Counted from the stretch's first letter, positions 38,876 through 48,751 are shown. The stretch is 64,000 nt of DNA from Nannocystis bainbridge (GCF_028368995.1 NZ_JAQNDL010000001.1:224001-288000); one strand, 5' to 3'. The notes: a model not told the origin generated them from the sequence alone. Numbers and translations: made by a program.

Positions 38876-40417
38876 GTGCCTGTGCTCGCTCGTACGCTGC
38901 ACCTTAACTTATTCGTGTGGACTGCGGCCGTCGCCGCGGCGGGATGTGACCCTTCGGACAGCTCGGGTCAGTCACCGCCGCCGAAGTCGCCTGGACCTGC
39001 GCTGGCCGCCCCTGAAGGCGGCGGCCAGCTGTGCGGCGACGACATCACGCTCGACCTGCGCCGCTCGCTGGTGCTGAGCGAGTTCACGGTGGTGGAGCCG
39101 TTCACCTTCACCCGCGTGATGTCGCAGATCCTGGCCACGAGCCCCGCGCCGGCCGTCACGCCGACGCAGCTCTACCAGCGCTGGTGGGACTACTTCAACG
39201 CCAAGCCCGGCGTCCACCCTGACGCCTTCCACTGCGACGACGAGCTCGTCGACGGCTCACCGGCGATGGGCGCCTTCCCCCACGCCTGCCCGCGCCCCGA
39301 GGGTCGGCTCGCCGACACCGATCCGTTCAGCGACCCGCAGAACAACTTCGACGGCTACATCCCGCTCGGCGTGTTCAACCGCTTCGACCTCGCCCCGCTC
39401 GACGGCAGCAACTGCGGCGAGTACCGCATCGTCTTCGCCAAGCAGTCGGGCTTGTTCGACACCAACGATCGCAACCTCATCATCTTCGAGGCCACCCTGC
39501 CCAACCCGAACCCGAGCTGCGGCATCGAGGGTTGCCGGCCGATCGCGCAGTTCTGGGCCGACCTCAGCGAGATCGACGACATCACCGAGATCCGTGACCG
39601 CGTCGAGGACTTCTACTTCGTCGACGCCGCCGGCGCCGGGCCCGTCGTGCACGCCGACAACTACGGCACCAAGGGCGGCCAGATCCGCACCAACATGTTC
39701 ATGAACGGGCCGAACGCCTGGCAGCTGCGCCAGTTCGAGTTCGTGCACGACTGCGGCGGCTCCGCCTGCATCCGTCCGGTCCTGCTCAAGGACAACCCGT
39801 TCCCCGAGCTCTTCCAGGACGACTCGCCGTGGCTCGGCGCCGAGGCGTTCCAGGAGTGGTTCGTGCGGCAGGTGCCCAACCTCGAGAAGGCCGGCAGCAA
39901 CCTGTTCTTCACCACCGACGTCGGCACCTTCGCCTCCGGCGCCAGCAACTCCGAGGGCGAGTTCGACAACTACCGCATCCAGTCCGGCATCAGCGGCTCG
40001 TTCCGCAGCAAGATCCAGGACGCGATCACCCTGCCCGGCCTCACCGCCGACCAGATCATCAACCGCGCGCTCGCGCTGTCGTGCGCCGGCTGCCACGAGC
40101 ACAACAACTTCGGCGACAACCTCGACTTCGGCGACGGCCTGCCGTGGGAGCCGAGCCTCGGGTTCGTCCACATCAGCGAGGAGTTCACCGCCGAGGGTCC
40201 GTTCGGCACCCGCTTCCCGCTGTCCGACGCGGTCCGCTTCGTGTTCTTGCCGCACCGCGGCGAGGTCCTGCAGAACTTCCTCGCCGAGACCGCCTGCGAG
40301 CCGTGCACCGACAAGGGCGTCAAGCAGTTCGGCCCGCCCGACCCGAGCAAGTTCTTGCCCGACGGCTTCGACAGCGTCGAGGGCATGACGATCGGCGGCC
40401 CGCGCAGCGGCCACTGA
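38876..40417 (+). CDS. Cys-rich lipoprotein with one CxxCH heme-c motif
   Basis: Lipobox AAAGC; SCAGCHEH near the C-terminus; many additional Cys. Confidence 0.65.
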   Translation: MPVLARTLHLNLFVWTAAVAAAGCDPSDSSGQSPPPKSPGPALAAPEGGGQLCGDDITLDLRRSLVLSEFTVVEPFTFTRVMSQILATSPAPAVTPTQLYQRWWDYFNAKPGVHPDAFHCDDELVDGSPAMGAFPHACPRPEGRLADTDPFSDPQNNFDGYIPLGVFNRFDLAPLDGSNCGEYRIVFAKQSGLFDTNDRNLIIFEATLPNPNPSCGIEGCRPIAQFWADLSEIDDITEIRDRVEDFYFVDAAGAGPVVHADNYGTKGGQIRTNMFMNGPNAWQLRQFEFVHDCGGSACIRPVLLKDNPFPELFQDDSPWLGAEAFQEWFVRQVPNLEKAGSNLFFTTDVGTFASGASNSEGEFDNYRIQSGISGSFRSKIQDAITLPGLTADQIINRALALSCAGCHEHNNFGDNLDFGDGLPWEPSLGFVHISEEFTAEGPFGTRFPLSDAVRFVFLPHRGEVLQNFLAETACEPCTDKGVKQFGPPDPSKFLPDGFDSVEGMTIGGPRSGH

Positions 40418-40818
40418 GCCGCTTCACTCCGCCAGCCGCCTTCGCGCGCGAGCCGATCGCCGCGCGCCTCGAGTCGCTCTCCACTCGAGAGCGACGCGAG
40501 CAGCCTCGCGCGAACCGGCCGCCCGCACCGGGGCGCGTGCCCACGCGCTCGACGCACGCGATCGTCCGTCCCGGCCTCTCGCTCCTCGCGGATGCGCCTC
40601 CGCGATCTTGCATGCACGCGCGCTGACTCGCTCGCGCGTGCGACGTGCTGACGCGACCGTCATCTTTCGCTCCCGCCCGCCTCGCTCGTTGCGCACGCAC
40701 GCTGCGGATTCGCGGCCACCGCCTGCCGGAGCGGACCGGAGCCGCGCGTCCGCGTCCGCGTGACGCGACCTGGCCGGGTGGGACCTGCGTGATAGACTGC
40801 GCCGCCGGAGGACCCGCA

Positions 40819-41850
40819 GTGGTCAACGCTTACATCTCAGGGACTGGTTCCTACGTGCCGCCGCGGGTCGTCAGCAACGACGCTCTCATCCACGAGTTCG
40901 GCGTCGACACCACGCACGAGTGGATCGTCCAGCGCACCGGCATCGAGGCGCGCCGGTTCGCCGAGGCCGGGGTGGGCACCGCCGACATGGCCGCCGAGGC
41001 TGCTCGCGCCGCGCTCGCCGACGCCGGGCTCGCCGCCCACGACCTCGACCTCATCATCGTCGCCACCCTCTCGCCCGAGCACGCCTTCCCCGGCAGCGGC
41101 GTCTACTTGCAGCGCAAGCTCGGCCTGTGCGAGGGCGACGACGCCAAGTTCGTGCCCGCGCTCGACGTCCGCAACCAGTGCTCGGGCTTCCTCTACGGCC
41201 TCTCGACCGCGGTCGCCCACGTGCGCGCCGGCATGGCGAAGCACGTGCTCCTGGTCGGCGCCGAGACCCACTCCGCCGCGCTCGACCTCTCGCCCGAGGG
41301 CCGCTCCGTCTCCTCGCTGTTCGGCGACGGCGCCGGCGCCGTCATCGTCTCGGCCACCGACGACGACCGCGGCGTGCGGGGCGTCTACCTCGGCGCCGAC
41401 GGCCGCTTCGCCGAGGTCCTGTGCCAGAAGATCTGGGACATCCGCCAGCGCCCGTTCGTCGCCAAGAACCCCGACCGCAGCGGCACCGTCCCGCCGGAGA
41501 TGTTGTGGGCCAGCATGGACGGCAAGGTCGTGTTCAAGCACGCCGTCGGCGCCATGATCGGCTCGCTGATGCGCGCCTGCTCGTCGCTCTCGCTCGACCT
41601 GCAGGACATCGACCTCTTCTTTTTTCACCAGGCCAACCTGCGCATCAACCAGTTCATCGCCCAGCAGCTGCAGATCCCCGAAGAGAAGGTCCCCCACAAC
41701 ATCGAGCGCTACGGCAACACGACCGCGGCCACCATTCCGCTGCTGCTGGCGGAGAGCGCGCGAGACGGGCGCCTTGTGCGCGGTAAGAAGGTCGCGATGG
41801 TCGCGTTTGGCAGCGGATTCACGTGGGGCGCCGCTATCGCTGACTGGTGA
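40819..41850 (+). CDS. fabH: Beta-ketoacyl-ACP synthase III
   Basis: GGAGG RBS before GTG 40819; WIVQRTGI, NQCSGF (Cys), FGDGAGA, FHQAN (His), YGNTTAA (Asn), FGSGFTWG. Confidence 0.9.
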   Translation: MVNAYISGTGSYVPPRVVSNDALIHEFGVDTTHEWIVQRTGIEARRFAEAGVGTADMAAEAARAALADAGLAAHDLDLIIVATLSPEHAFPGSGVYLQRKLGLCEGDDAKFVPALDVRNQCSGFLYGLSTAVAHVRAGMAKHVLLVGAETHSAALDLSPEGRSVSSLFGDGAGAVIVSATDDDRGVRGVYLGADGRFAEVLCQKIWDIRQRPFVAKNPDRSGTVPPEMLWASMDGKVVFKHAVGAMIGSLMRACSSLSLDLQDIDLFFFHQANLRINQFIAQQLQIPEEKVPHNIERYGNTTAATIPLLLAESARDGRLVRGKKVAMVAFGSGFTWGAAIADW

Positions 41851-41894
41851 GCCCCTCCACACCTCCTTCCCCTGGCATCGATCAGGGTAGGAGC

Positions 41895-42296
41895 GTGGTA
41901 CGCCGCGCCGCATCGCTCCTCGTCCTCGCCGTTCTCGGGTGTGCCCCGTCGACGACGACGCAGGCGCCGTCGGAGCCGCCCACGGTCCGCACCGACACCG
42001 ACACCGAGCCCGTGCGGGCCCAGCCGCGCCGACCCCCGCCCGCGTTCGTCCAGGCCCTCGCCGAGCTCGAGCGCAACCCCAACCTCTGCCTCCGCCTCGT
42101 CGGCCCGCGCGCGGAGCCTGTCCGAAAAGCCTTGTTGCGAGCCTCCCGCGGCCGCATCGACGAGGCCCGGATCGTCGCCGAGACCGAGCCGGTCGAGCCG
42201 GTCGCCCGCAGCGTCGAATACCGCTTCTTCGTCCAGCCCCCCGCCGAGTCCGGCGGCGTCGGCCTGCACACGATCCACGCCTACATGCCGCAGTGA
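41895..42296 (+). CDS. Small hypothetical lipoprotein
   Basis: VVRRAASLLVLAVLGC lipobox; GGAG upstream. Confidence 0.55.
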   Translation: MVRRAASLLVLAVLGCAPSTTTQAPSEPPTVRTDTDTEPVRAQPRRPPPAFVQALAELERNPNLCLRLVGPRAEPVRKALLRASRGRIDEARIVAETEPVEPVARSVEYRFFVQPPAESGGVGLHTIHAYMPQ

Positions 42297-42301
42297 CCGC
42301 A

Positions 42302-42376
42302 TGTCCGCCGAGACATGTCCAATCGGGCATGCCTCTGCGGACATGACTTTTAAAAAGAAGCATGTCCCCGGGGACA
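42302..42376. repeat. Array of 14-bp palindromic units (three phased plus one perfect)
   Basis: CATG at 42300, 42314, 42328, 42342; then TGTCC-CCGG-GGACA at 42363-42376 after a TTTTAAAAA spacer. Confidence 0.88.
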
Positions 42377-42420
42377 GGCGCGAGGACGGCGCGACGAAGC
42401 CTGAGACCTCGCCGGCTGGC

Positions 42421-42612
42421 TCCTCGCTAGCCTCCGAGCGCCCGCCTCGCCTTCGCGCCCTGTTCCTCGCTGGCCTCCGAGCGCCCGCCTCGCCTTCGCG
42501 CCCTGTGCCTCGCTGGCCTCCGAGCGCCCGCCTCGCCCTCGCGCCCTGTTCCTCGCTGACCCGCCTCGCCTTCGTGCCCTGTTCCTCGCTGGCTTCCGTG
42601 CGACCGCCTCGC
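42421..42612. repeat. 43-bp pyrimidine-rich tandem repeat, about 4.5 copies
   Basis: Unit TCCTCGCTGGCCTCCGAGCGCCCGCCTCGCCTTCGCGCCCTGT starting at 42421, 42464, 42507, 42550 (10-bp deletion) and 42583 (degenerate). Confidence 0.9.
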
Positions 42613-42662
42613 TCCTGCTCATCGCCCGCCTCGCCTCTGCTCGGCGCTCGTCTCGCCCGCGC

Positions 42663-43208
42663 TCACGGCCCCGCGAGGTAGTCCGGTGGCACGTGCTCGA
42701 CCAGCCAGACCCCGTTCTCGGCGCGGAAGAACACGAAGCCAGCGGCCACCATCCCCGCCGCGTCGACCCGCAGCACCGCCGGTCGGCCGTGGCGCGCGCC
42801 GACCTTGTGGGCTGTGATCGCGTCGGCCGACAGGTGCACGTGGTGGCGGCGCATCTTCAGCAGGCCCTCGCGCAGGATCGCCGCCACCGTCTGCTCACCC
42901 GTCCCGTGGAACAGCAGCGGCGGCGGCATCGCCGGCACCAGCTGCAGGTCGACCGCCACCGTGTGGCCCTGATTGGCGCGGATCTTCGTCCCCGTGTCGT
43001 CGAACGCGAACCGCTGCTTGTCGCTGGTGCGCACGATCTCCTCGAGCTGCGCCCGCGACATCGGCCGTCGCTTGTGGGCGCACGCGGCCAGCAGCGCCTC
43101 GACCTCGACCCAGCCGCCCGCCTCGAGCTCGAGGCCGAGGCCTGCCGGATCGTGGCGCAGGTGCAGCGACAGGAACTTGCTCAGGCGGACCCGGGAGTTC
43201 GCGTCCAT
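42663..43208 (-). CDS. kptA: RNA 2'-phosphotransferase (KptA/Tpt1)
   Basis: LSKFLSLHLRH, SDKQRF, IRANQGH, LFHGT, RHHVHLS, ENGVWL. Confidence 0.93.
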   Translation of the reverse strand: MDANSRVRLSKFLSLHLRHDPAGLGLELEAGGWVEVEALLAACAHKRRPMSRAQLEEIVRTSDKQRFAFDDTGTKIRANQGHTVAVDLQLVPAMPPPLLFHGTGEQTVAAILREGLLKMRRHHVHLSADAITAHKVGARHGRPAVLRVDAAGMVAAGFVFFRAENGVWLVEHVPPDYLAGP

Positions 43209-43595
43209 CGCCGCCACGATCGTCGATCTCGCCTCGGGAACAAACCCCTGACAGGCCTGTCGCGCGATCGGGCGACCGCCCGGGCACCGGCGTCGCGCGA
43301 TCTCCCGCCCCGCTCCTGCACCCTCACCAAAGCACAATCATTTCATGCACATCCACCGCAGGCCCCGGCGTTGCAAACCTGTGTTGGCACGGGCGGCGAG
43401 CTCCTTCTCCTTTTCGGCGAGCTGCCCGACTTTGGCTTACTTGGCTTGAACCTGGCTTATCCGCGAAATTAGCCTTCACCTAACTTAGCAGTCCGCCATC
43501 CGCACCACCCCATCGGGTCGAGCCACGCTCGGCCCGATGCCCTTTTGGTCGCCTGACGGCGTCCGCGCCGGGTTTTTCGGCTATCGTCACCGGCC

Positions 43596-44207
43596 ATGGC
43601 CACCGCGCTCCGCGGGACGTGCGTCGGCGCGCTCCTCGTCCTCGCCTGCGACGCCCCGGTTTCGCCCGAGCCGAAGGCCGCACCCGCGGTCCCCGAGCTG
43701 GCCGCCTGCGAGCCGGTCGGCGACGACGCCTGGCCCGAGCCGTGGGCTGACGCCGAGCTCGAGGTCCTGGCGCGGGTCAACGCGCTGCGGGCCCGGGGCG
43801 GCAGCTGCGGCGTCCTGCAGTTCTCGCCTGCCCCGCCCCTGCGCATGCAGCCCAACCTGCGCTGCGCCGCCCGCCTGCACACCGACGACATGGTCGAGCG
43901 CGCGTACGTCAGCTCGGTCGACCCTGACGGCCTCGGCGCCGGCAACCGGATCGCCAGGCTCGAGTACAACGCCGCCACCTTCGCCGAGGTCGTCGCCGTC
44001 GTCACCGAGGACGACATCGACGAGCTCGACGACGCCGACGACGTCGTCACCGCCTGGCGCGACAACCCGACCTCGTGCTGGCAGCTGTTCGCGCGCGAGC
44101 TCACCGAAGTCGGCGTCGGCGGCCGCGAGGCCACCTACATGGCCAAGGAAGCCGAGGAGCCGCAGCGCGCCGCCTACTGGACGCTGACCCTCGCGACCCC
44201 GCGCTGA
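43596..44207 (+). CDS. CAP/SCP domain lipoprotein, degenerate copy
   Basis: Lipobox LVLAC; LARVNALRARGGSCG, LRCAARLHTDDM; the GENIA and GHC motifs are replaced. Confidence 0.8.
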   Translation: MATALRGTCVGALLVLACDAPVSPEPKAAPAVPELAACEPVGDDAWPEPWADAELEVLARVNALRARGGSCGVLQFSPAPPLRMQPNLRCAARLHTDDMVERAYVSSVDPDGLGAGNRIARLEYNAATFAEVVAVVTEDDIDELDDADDVVTAWRDNPTSCWQLFARELTEVGVGGREATYMAKEAEEPQRAAYWTLTLATPR

Positions 44208-44361
44208 CGCCCGCCCGACGCCGACACGCCCCACCGCGCCCCGACCGCCTCGCTCGCCACTCACGCCCGATACGCCCGCCCCGCGCGTCTCCCCACGTCC
44301 CCGCGCGAGGCTCGCGGCCGGACCGTCGCCGTCGCGCGCGCGCCTCTGCTAACCTGCCGGC

Positions 44362-45054
44362 ATGCTCTCGCGCCGCGTTCGACTCACCTGTCTCTTGGCA
44401 CAAGTCTCTTCGACCATGTTCCTCGGGACAGCTTGCAGCGACGACGGCGATCCCCTGACCGCCGGCGAGAGCAACACCGTCGGGCCCGCCACCGACACCG
44501 ACGCGTCCACCGATCCCACCGCCGCCCCGACCGACACCGGCGACACCACCGGCGGCTCGGCCGACGACCCGGCGTGGATGACCCCGTACTGCTACACGGT
44601 GGCCGACACCAAGTGGCTGGCCCCGTGGATCGAGCGCGAGCAAGAGGTGCTCGCGCAGATCAACGCCGCGCGGGCCAAGGGCGCCGACTGCGGGTCGGAG
44701 GGCAGCTTCGGCCCCGCGCCGGCGCTCACCATGGACGTGCGGCTCCACTGCGCCGCGCGCAAGCACTCGCTGGACATGGCCGAGCGCGGCTACTTCGACC
44801 ACACCAACCCCGACGGTCAGGATCCGTTCGACCGCATCGACGAGGCCGGTTACACCGGCTGGGGCGCCGCGGGCGAGAACATCGCCGCCGGCTCCGACGA
44901 TCCCCCGCTGACCGTCCAGGGCTGGCTCGACAGCGACGGCCACTGCGCCAACCTCATGAGCCCCCAGTACAAGCACACCGGCGTCGGCTTCTACGAGGGC
45001 ACCGGCAACCTCACCTACTACTGGACCCAGACCTTCGGCGCGCTGCTGCCGTGA
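44362..45054 (+). CDS. CAP/SCP domain lipoprotein
   Basis: Lipobox LGTAC; AARKHSLDMAERGYFDH, GENIAAG, WLDSDGHCANLM, YWTQTFG. Confidence 0.88.
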   Translation: MLSRRVRLTCLLAQVSSTMFLGTACSDDGDPLTAGESNTVGPATDTDASTDPTAAPTDTGDTTGGSADDPAWMTPYCYTVADTKWLAPWIEREQEVLAQINAARAKGADCGSEGSFGPAPALTMDVRLHCAARKHSLDMAERGYFDHTNPDGQDPFDRIDEAGYTGWGAAGENIAAGSDDPPLTVQGWLDSDGHCANLMSPQYKHTGVGFYEGTGNLTYYWTQTFGALLP

Positions 45055-45098
45055 AGCCGCCTGACCCCGGGCCCCCCGCGGTGCTATCCTCGCCGCCG

Positions 45099-45905
45099 AT
45101 GCCCCGCACCCGCCGCAGCCTGCTCACCGGCGCCGCCGGCCTGTGCGCCGCCGCCTGGGCTCGCCCGCTGCGCGCCCAGGAGCCCGGCCTGTTCGGCCCG
45201 CTCGTCGGCGACGAGTTCCGCGAGCCGACCGCCGTCCTCACCGTCGACCTGCCGCAGCTGCAGTACCCCGGCAAGTGGAACCCGCGCCCCGGGGCCATGC
45301 GCGAGCTCGCCGTCGAGCTGCGCCTGCGCACCCGCCTCGAGCCCGTGCGCGAGCCCAGCGTCGTCACCGCCGACTCGCGGCGCCTGTTCGACACCCCGTT
45401 CCTCTACGTCGCCGGCGAGGGCAGCCTGCCGCCGCTCGGCGCCGCCGCCGAGACCGCGCTCGGCCGCTTCCTCGACCTCGGCGGCATGATCCTCTTCGAC
45501 TCCGCCGACGGCGGCGCCGACCTCGGCTTCGAGAAGGACGTCACCGCCTTGCTCGGGCGGATCTTGCCCGGCGCCGCGCTGTCCCGCGTCGCCGCCGACC
45601 ACGTCCTCTACCGCTCGTTCTACCTGGTCGAGACCCCGCTCGGCCGCACCAGCACCTTCGACCACGTGCTCGGGATCCACGAAGAGGGCCGCCTCAAGGC
45701 CCTGCTGGTCCGCAACGACCTCGGCGGCGCGCTGGCCCGCGGCGAGTCGGGCCTGTTCACCTGGCCGTGCGTCCCCGGCGGCGCCGAGCAGCGCGAGTGG
45801 GCCTTCCGCTTCGCCGTCAACATCCTGCTCTACGCCACCTGCACCGACTACAAGGCCGACCGCGCCCACGTCGAGACCCTCCTCCGCAACCGGCGGTGGC
45901 GCTGA
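45099..45905 (+). CDS. DUF4159-family protein with Tat-like signal
   Basis: TRRSLL twin-arginine motif; PFLYVAG, FLDLGGMILFD, HVLYRSFY, FAVNILLYA. Confidence 0.75.
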   Translation: MPRTRRSLLTGAAGLCAAAWARPLRAQEPGLFGPLVGDEFREPTAVLTVDLPQLQYPGKWNPRPGAMRELAVELRLRTRLEPVREPSVVTADSRRLFDTPFLYVAGEGSLPPLGAAAETALGRFLDLGGMILFDSADGGADLGFEKDVTALLGRILPGAALSRVAADHVLYRSFYLVETPLGRTSTFDHVLGIHEEGRLKALLVRNDLGGALARGESGLFTWPCVPGGAEQREWAFRFAVNILLYATCTDYKADRAHVETLLRNRRWR

Positions 45906-45908
45906 TCC

Positions 45909-48260
45909 ATGGAGCGCTGGCGCATCACCGCGGGCCACGTCCCCGGCACTCTCGGCCTGCTGCTGATCCTCGCGGCCGTGGCCCTGGCGATCGTCGAGGC
46001 CGCCCGGGCCTACCGCAAACCTGTCCCTGGGGTCAGCCCGCGGCTGCGCGCCGGCCTGTTCGCGCTGCGCTGCGCCGGCGCCCTCGCGCTGCTGGCCGTC
46101 GCGCTCGAGCTGTCGCTCAGCTTCGAGACCACCAGCGCCGCCGGCCCGCGCCTGGTCATGCTCGTCGACGACAGCGCCAGCATGGGCATCGCCGACGCCG
46201 CGTCGGCCAGCCAGGCGACCATGCGCCGCATCGATCGCGTGCGCGACCTGTGGCGCCGCTCCGAGCCCGCGCGCGCCGACTGGAAGGAGCAGGGCCTCGC
46301 CGTCCAGGTGCGCCGCTTCGGCGAGGGCAGCGAACCGCTCTCCGGCCAGGCCGAGGCCACCCTCGACCTCGACGCCCGCCAGCCCGCCTCCGACCTCACC
46401 CGCGCCTTCGCCGAGCTCGCCGCCATCGACCCCGCCGTCGACCCGCGCCCGCTCGCTGGTGTCATCGTCGTCTCCGACGGCCTCTTCGACCGCGCCGACC
46501 GCGGCGGCGACGACCCGCTGGTGCTCGCCGCCCGCGAGCTCGGCGTGCCCGTCACGGCCGTCGCCGCCGGCGCCCCGCACCTCGTCGACCTCGCCCTCAC
46601 CGAGCTGCGCGCCGGCGAGTTCGCCTTCGTCGAGAACGTCGTCGAGTTCGCCGCCGACATCGAGGCCCACGGCCTCGAGGGCGTCAAGACCGAGGTCGTC
46701 CTGCGCCGCGACGGCCAGGTCGTCGCCACCGAGCCCTTCGTCGCCCCTGCCAGCGGCGAGACCACCGTCCGCTTCGAGGTCGCCCCTGACCGCGTCGGCC
46801 AGTTCGTCTACGAGATCGAGGTCCGCCCCGTCGACGGCGAGGCCAGCCCGCACAACAACCGCCGCGCCTTCGTGGTCAAGGTCCTGCGCGACAAGGTCCG
46901 CGCCCTGCACGTCGCCGGCCGCCCCGACTGGGACGTCCGGGCCCTCCGCACCCTGCTCGGCCGCGACCCCAACGTCGAGCTGCTCAGCTACTACATCTTG
47001 CGCGGGGCCGACGACGCCGACCGCGAGGACCCGTTCGCTCCGCTGTCGCTGATCGCCTTCCCCACCGACGAGCTGTTCAAGGAGCAGCTCGGCAGCTTCG
47101 ACCTCGTCATTCTCCACAACTTCGACGCCCTCAACCACCAGGTCGGCCGCTACTTGCCCGACATCGGCCGCTACGTCGAGGAGGGCGGCGCCCTGGTGAT
47201 GATCGGCGGCGACATGGGCCTCGCCACCGGTGATTATCCCGCGCCCGCGCTCTCGGCCGTCGTCCCGGTCGACCTGCGCGTGCCCACCGGCCTCGACGTC
47301 GAGCCGTTCCGCCCCGCGATCACCGACGCCGGCCGGCGCCACCCGATCACCGCGTGGATCGATCACAGCCGCCTGTCCGATTGGTCGACCCTGCCGCCGC
47401 TCGACAGCTACAACCCCGCCAAGCTGGCCCGCCACGAGGCCGAGATCGGCAGCGCCGTGCTGCTGCGTCACCCCGAGGGCGGCCCGCTGCTCACCATCGC
47501 CGAGCCCGGTCGCGGCCGCGTCCTCGTGTTCAGCACCGGCGCCAGCTGGCGGCTCGGCTTCCACGCCGACCTCCCGATCGTCGACGGCGCGCGGCCTTAC
47601 GATCTCCTGTGGCTCGGCGCGATCCGCTGGCTGCTGCGCGACAGCGCCGCCGACCGCCTCACCCTCGAGACCGACCGCCCCACCTATCTGCTCGGCGCCC
47701 CGATCACCCTGCGGGCCGCCGCGCTCTCGCCCTCCTACGCCCCCGAGGCCGGCGTCGAGGTCGGCTGGCGCGTGCAACCACTCGGCCACGCCGCCGACGA
47801 TCCCGGCGCCGATCCCAACGCCCCCGTCACGATCCTGTCCCAGGGGACATGGACCACCGACGCGCTCGGGCGGGCCAGCGAGACCCTCGGCGGCGGCCTC
47901 TCGGTCGGCGCCTACGAGGCCGTGGCCCAGCGCGCTGGCGGCGACGAGGCCTCCGCCGCCCCGCAGCAGGCGCGCCGCGTCTTCCTCGTCCAGGCCGCCG
48001 GCCGCGAGCTCACCCGCCTCGCCAGCGGCCCCGGCGACGAGCGGCTGCAGCGGCTCGCCGAGGCCACCGGCGGCCGCTTCTTGCGCGCCGGCAGCGACGA
48101 CCTGCCTGCCTCCCCGCCGCTGGCCCCCGATCGCCAGGATCGCGAGCGCGTCGACAGTCGCCGCGACGTCCCGGTCTGGAGCGGCGGCCTCGCCATGGTC
48201 TTGCTCATCGTCTGTCTCGGCGGCGAAGTCCTGGTGCGGCGCCGGGTCGGCCTCGCCTGA
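45909..48260 (+). CDS. Membrane protein with vWA-like and glutamine-amidotransferase-like domains
   Basis: N-terminal TMs; LVDDSASM, VVSDG, YVEEGGALVMIGG, GRGRV, LAEATGGRF; C-terminal TM ending RRRVGLA. Confidence 0.7.
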   Translation: MERWRITAGHVPGTLGLLLILAAVALAIVEAARAYRKPVPGVSPRLRAGLFALRCAGALALLAVALELSLSFETTSAAGPRLVMLVDDSASMGIADAASASQATMRRIDRVRDLWRRSEPARADWKEQGLAVQVRRFGEGSEPLSGQAEATLDLDARQPASDLTRAFAELAAIDPAVDPRPLAGVIVVSDGLFDRADRGGDDPLVLAARELGVPVTAVAAGAPHLVDLALTELRAGEFAFVENVVEFAADIEAHGLEGVKTEVVLRRDGQVVATEPFVAPASGETTVRFEVAPDRVGQFVYEIEVRPVDGEASPHNNRRAFVVKVLRDKVRALHVAGRPDWDVRALRTLLGRDPNVELLSYYILRGADDADREDPFAPLSLIAFPTDELFKEQLGSFDLVILHNFDALNHQVGRYLPDIGRYVEEGGALVMIGGDMGLATGDYPAPALSAVVPVDLRVPTGLDVEPFRPAITDAGRRHPITAWIDHSRLSDWSTLPPLDSYNPAKLARHEAEIGSAVLLRHPEGGPLLTIAEPGRGRVLVFSTGASWRLGFHADLPIVDGARPYDLLWLGAIRWLLRDSAADRLTLETDRPTYLLGAPITLRAAALSPSYAPEAGVEVGWRVQPLGHAADDPGADPNAPVTILSQGTWTTDALGRASETLGGGLSVGAYEAVAQRAGGDEASAAPQQARRVFLVQAAGRELTRLASGPGDERLQRLAEATGGRFLRAGSDDLPASPPLAPDRQDRERVDSRRDVPVWSGGLAMVLLIVCLGGEVLVRRRVGLA

Positions 48261-48328
48261 ACCCGCACGCGCGCCCTCGCCGGCCGCCCCTGCTTTATCG
48301 CGGCCGTCTCGGCTAGAGTCCTTGGCCG

Positions 48329-48751
48329 ATGCCCTCTCGCAGCAAGCCGCCCGCCGACGACGACCGCAGCCCGCCGGGACGCGTCTCGCGGCACATCCAA
48401 CCGCTCGGCCCGCGCGTGCTCGTGCGCCTGATCAAGAGCCCCGATCGCAGCGAGTCCGGGCTGTTCCTCCCGGCCGGCGCCAAGGACAGCCACAGCGAGG
48501 CCCTGCTCGCCGAGGTCGTCGAGGTCGCGCGCACCATGCCCAAGCCCGGCTTCGTCATCGACGAGGACGACGACGACGACGACATCAAGGCCGACCTCGG
48601 CGAGAACGTCAGCGGGATCCCCGTCGGCGCCCAGGTCCTCTTCGCCAAGGATCAGGGCATCGCCGTCCCCTGGGACGAGAGCCTGCGGATCCTCGGCGTG
48701 CGCCACGTGCTCGCCATCGTCGACATCATCTCCGAGGATCACCTGCAGTGA
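48329..48751 (+). CDS. GroES-like co-chaperonin (stand-alone)
   Basis: IQPLGPRVLVR, SESGLFLP, AEVVEV, VGAQVLFAK, VLAIV; acidic insert DEDDDDDD. Confidence 0.78.
   Translation: MPSRSKPPADDDRSPPGRVSRHIQPLGPRVLVRLIKSPDRSESGLFLPAGAKDSHSEALLAEVVEVARTMPKPGFVIDEDDDDDDIKADLGENVSGIPVGAQVLFAKDQGIAVPWDESLRILGVRHVLAIVDIISEDHLQ

Noticed and set aside
40819-41850. fabH as part of a secondary-metabolite cluster
   Set aside because: No ACP, PKS or tailoring genes are adjacent.
42421-42612. 43-bp repeat as a CRISPR array
   Set aside because: Units are directly adjacent with no unique spacers.
43384-43400. TTGGCACG as a sigma-54 promoter
   Set aside because: No GC at the -12 position (GG-N10-GC spacing is not met).
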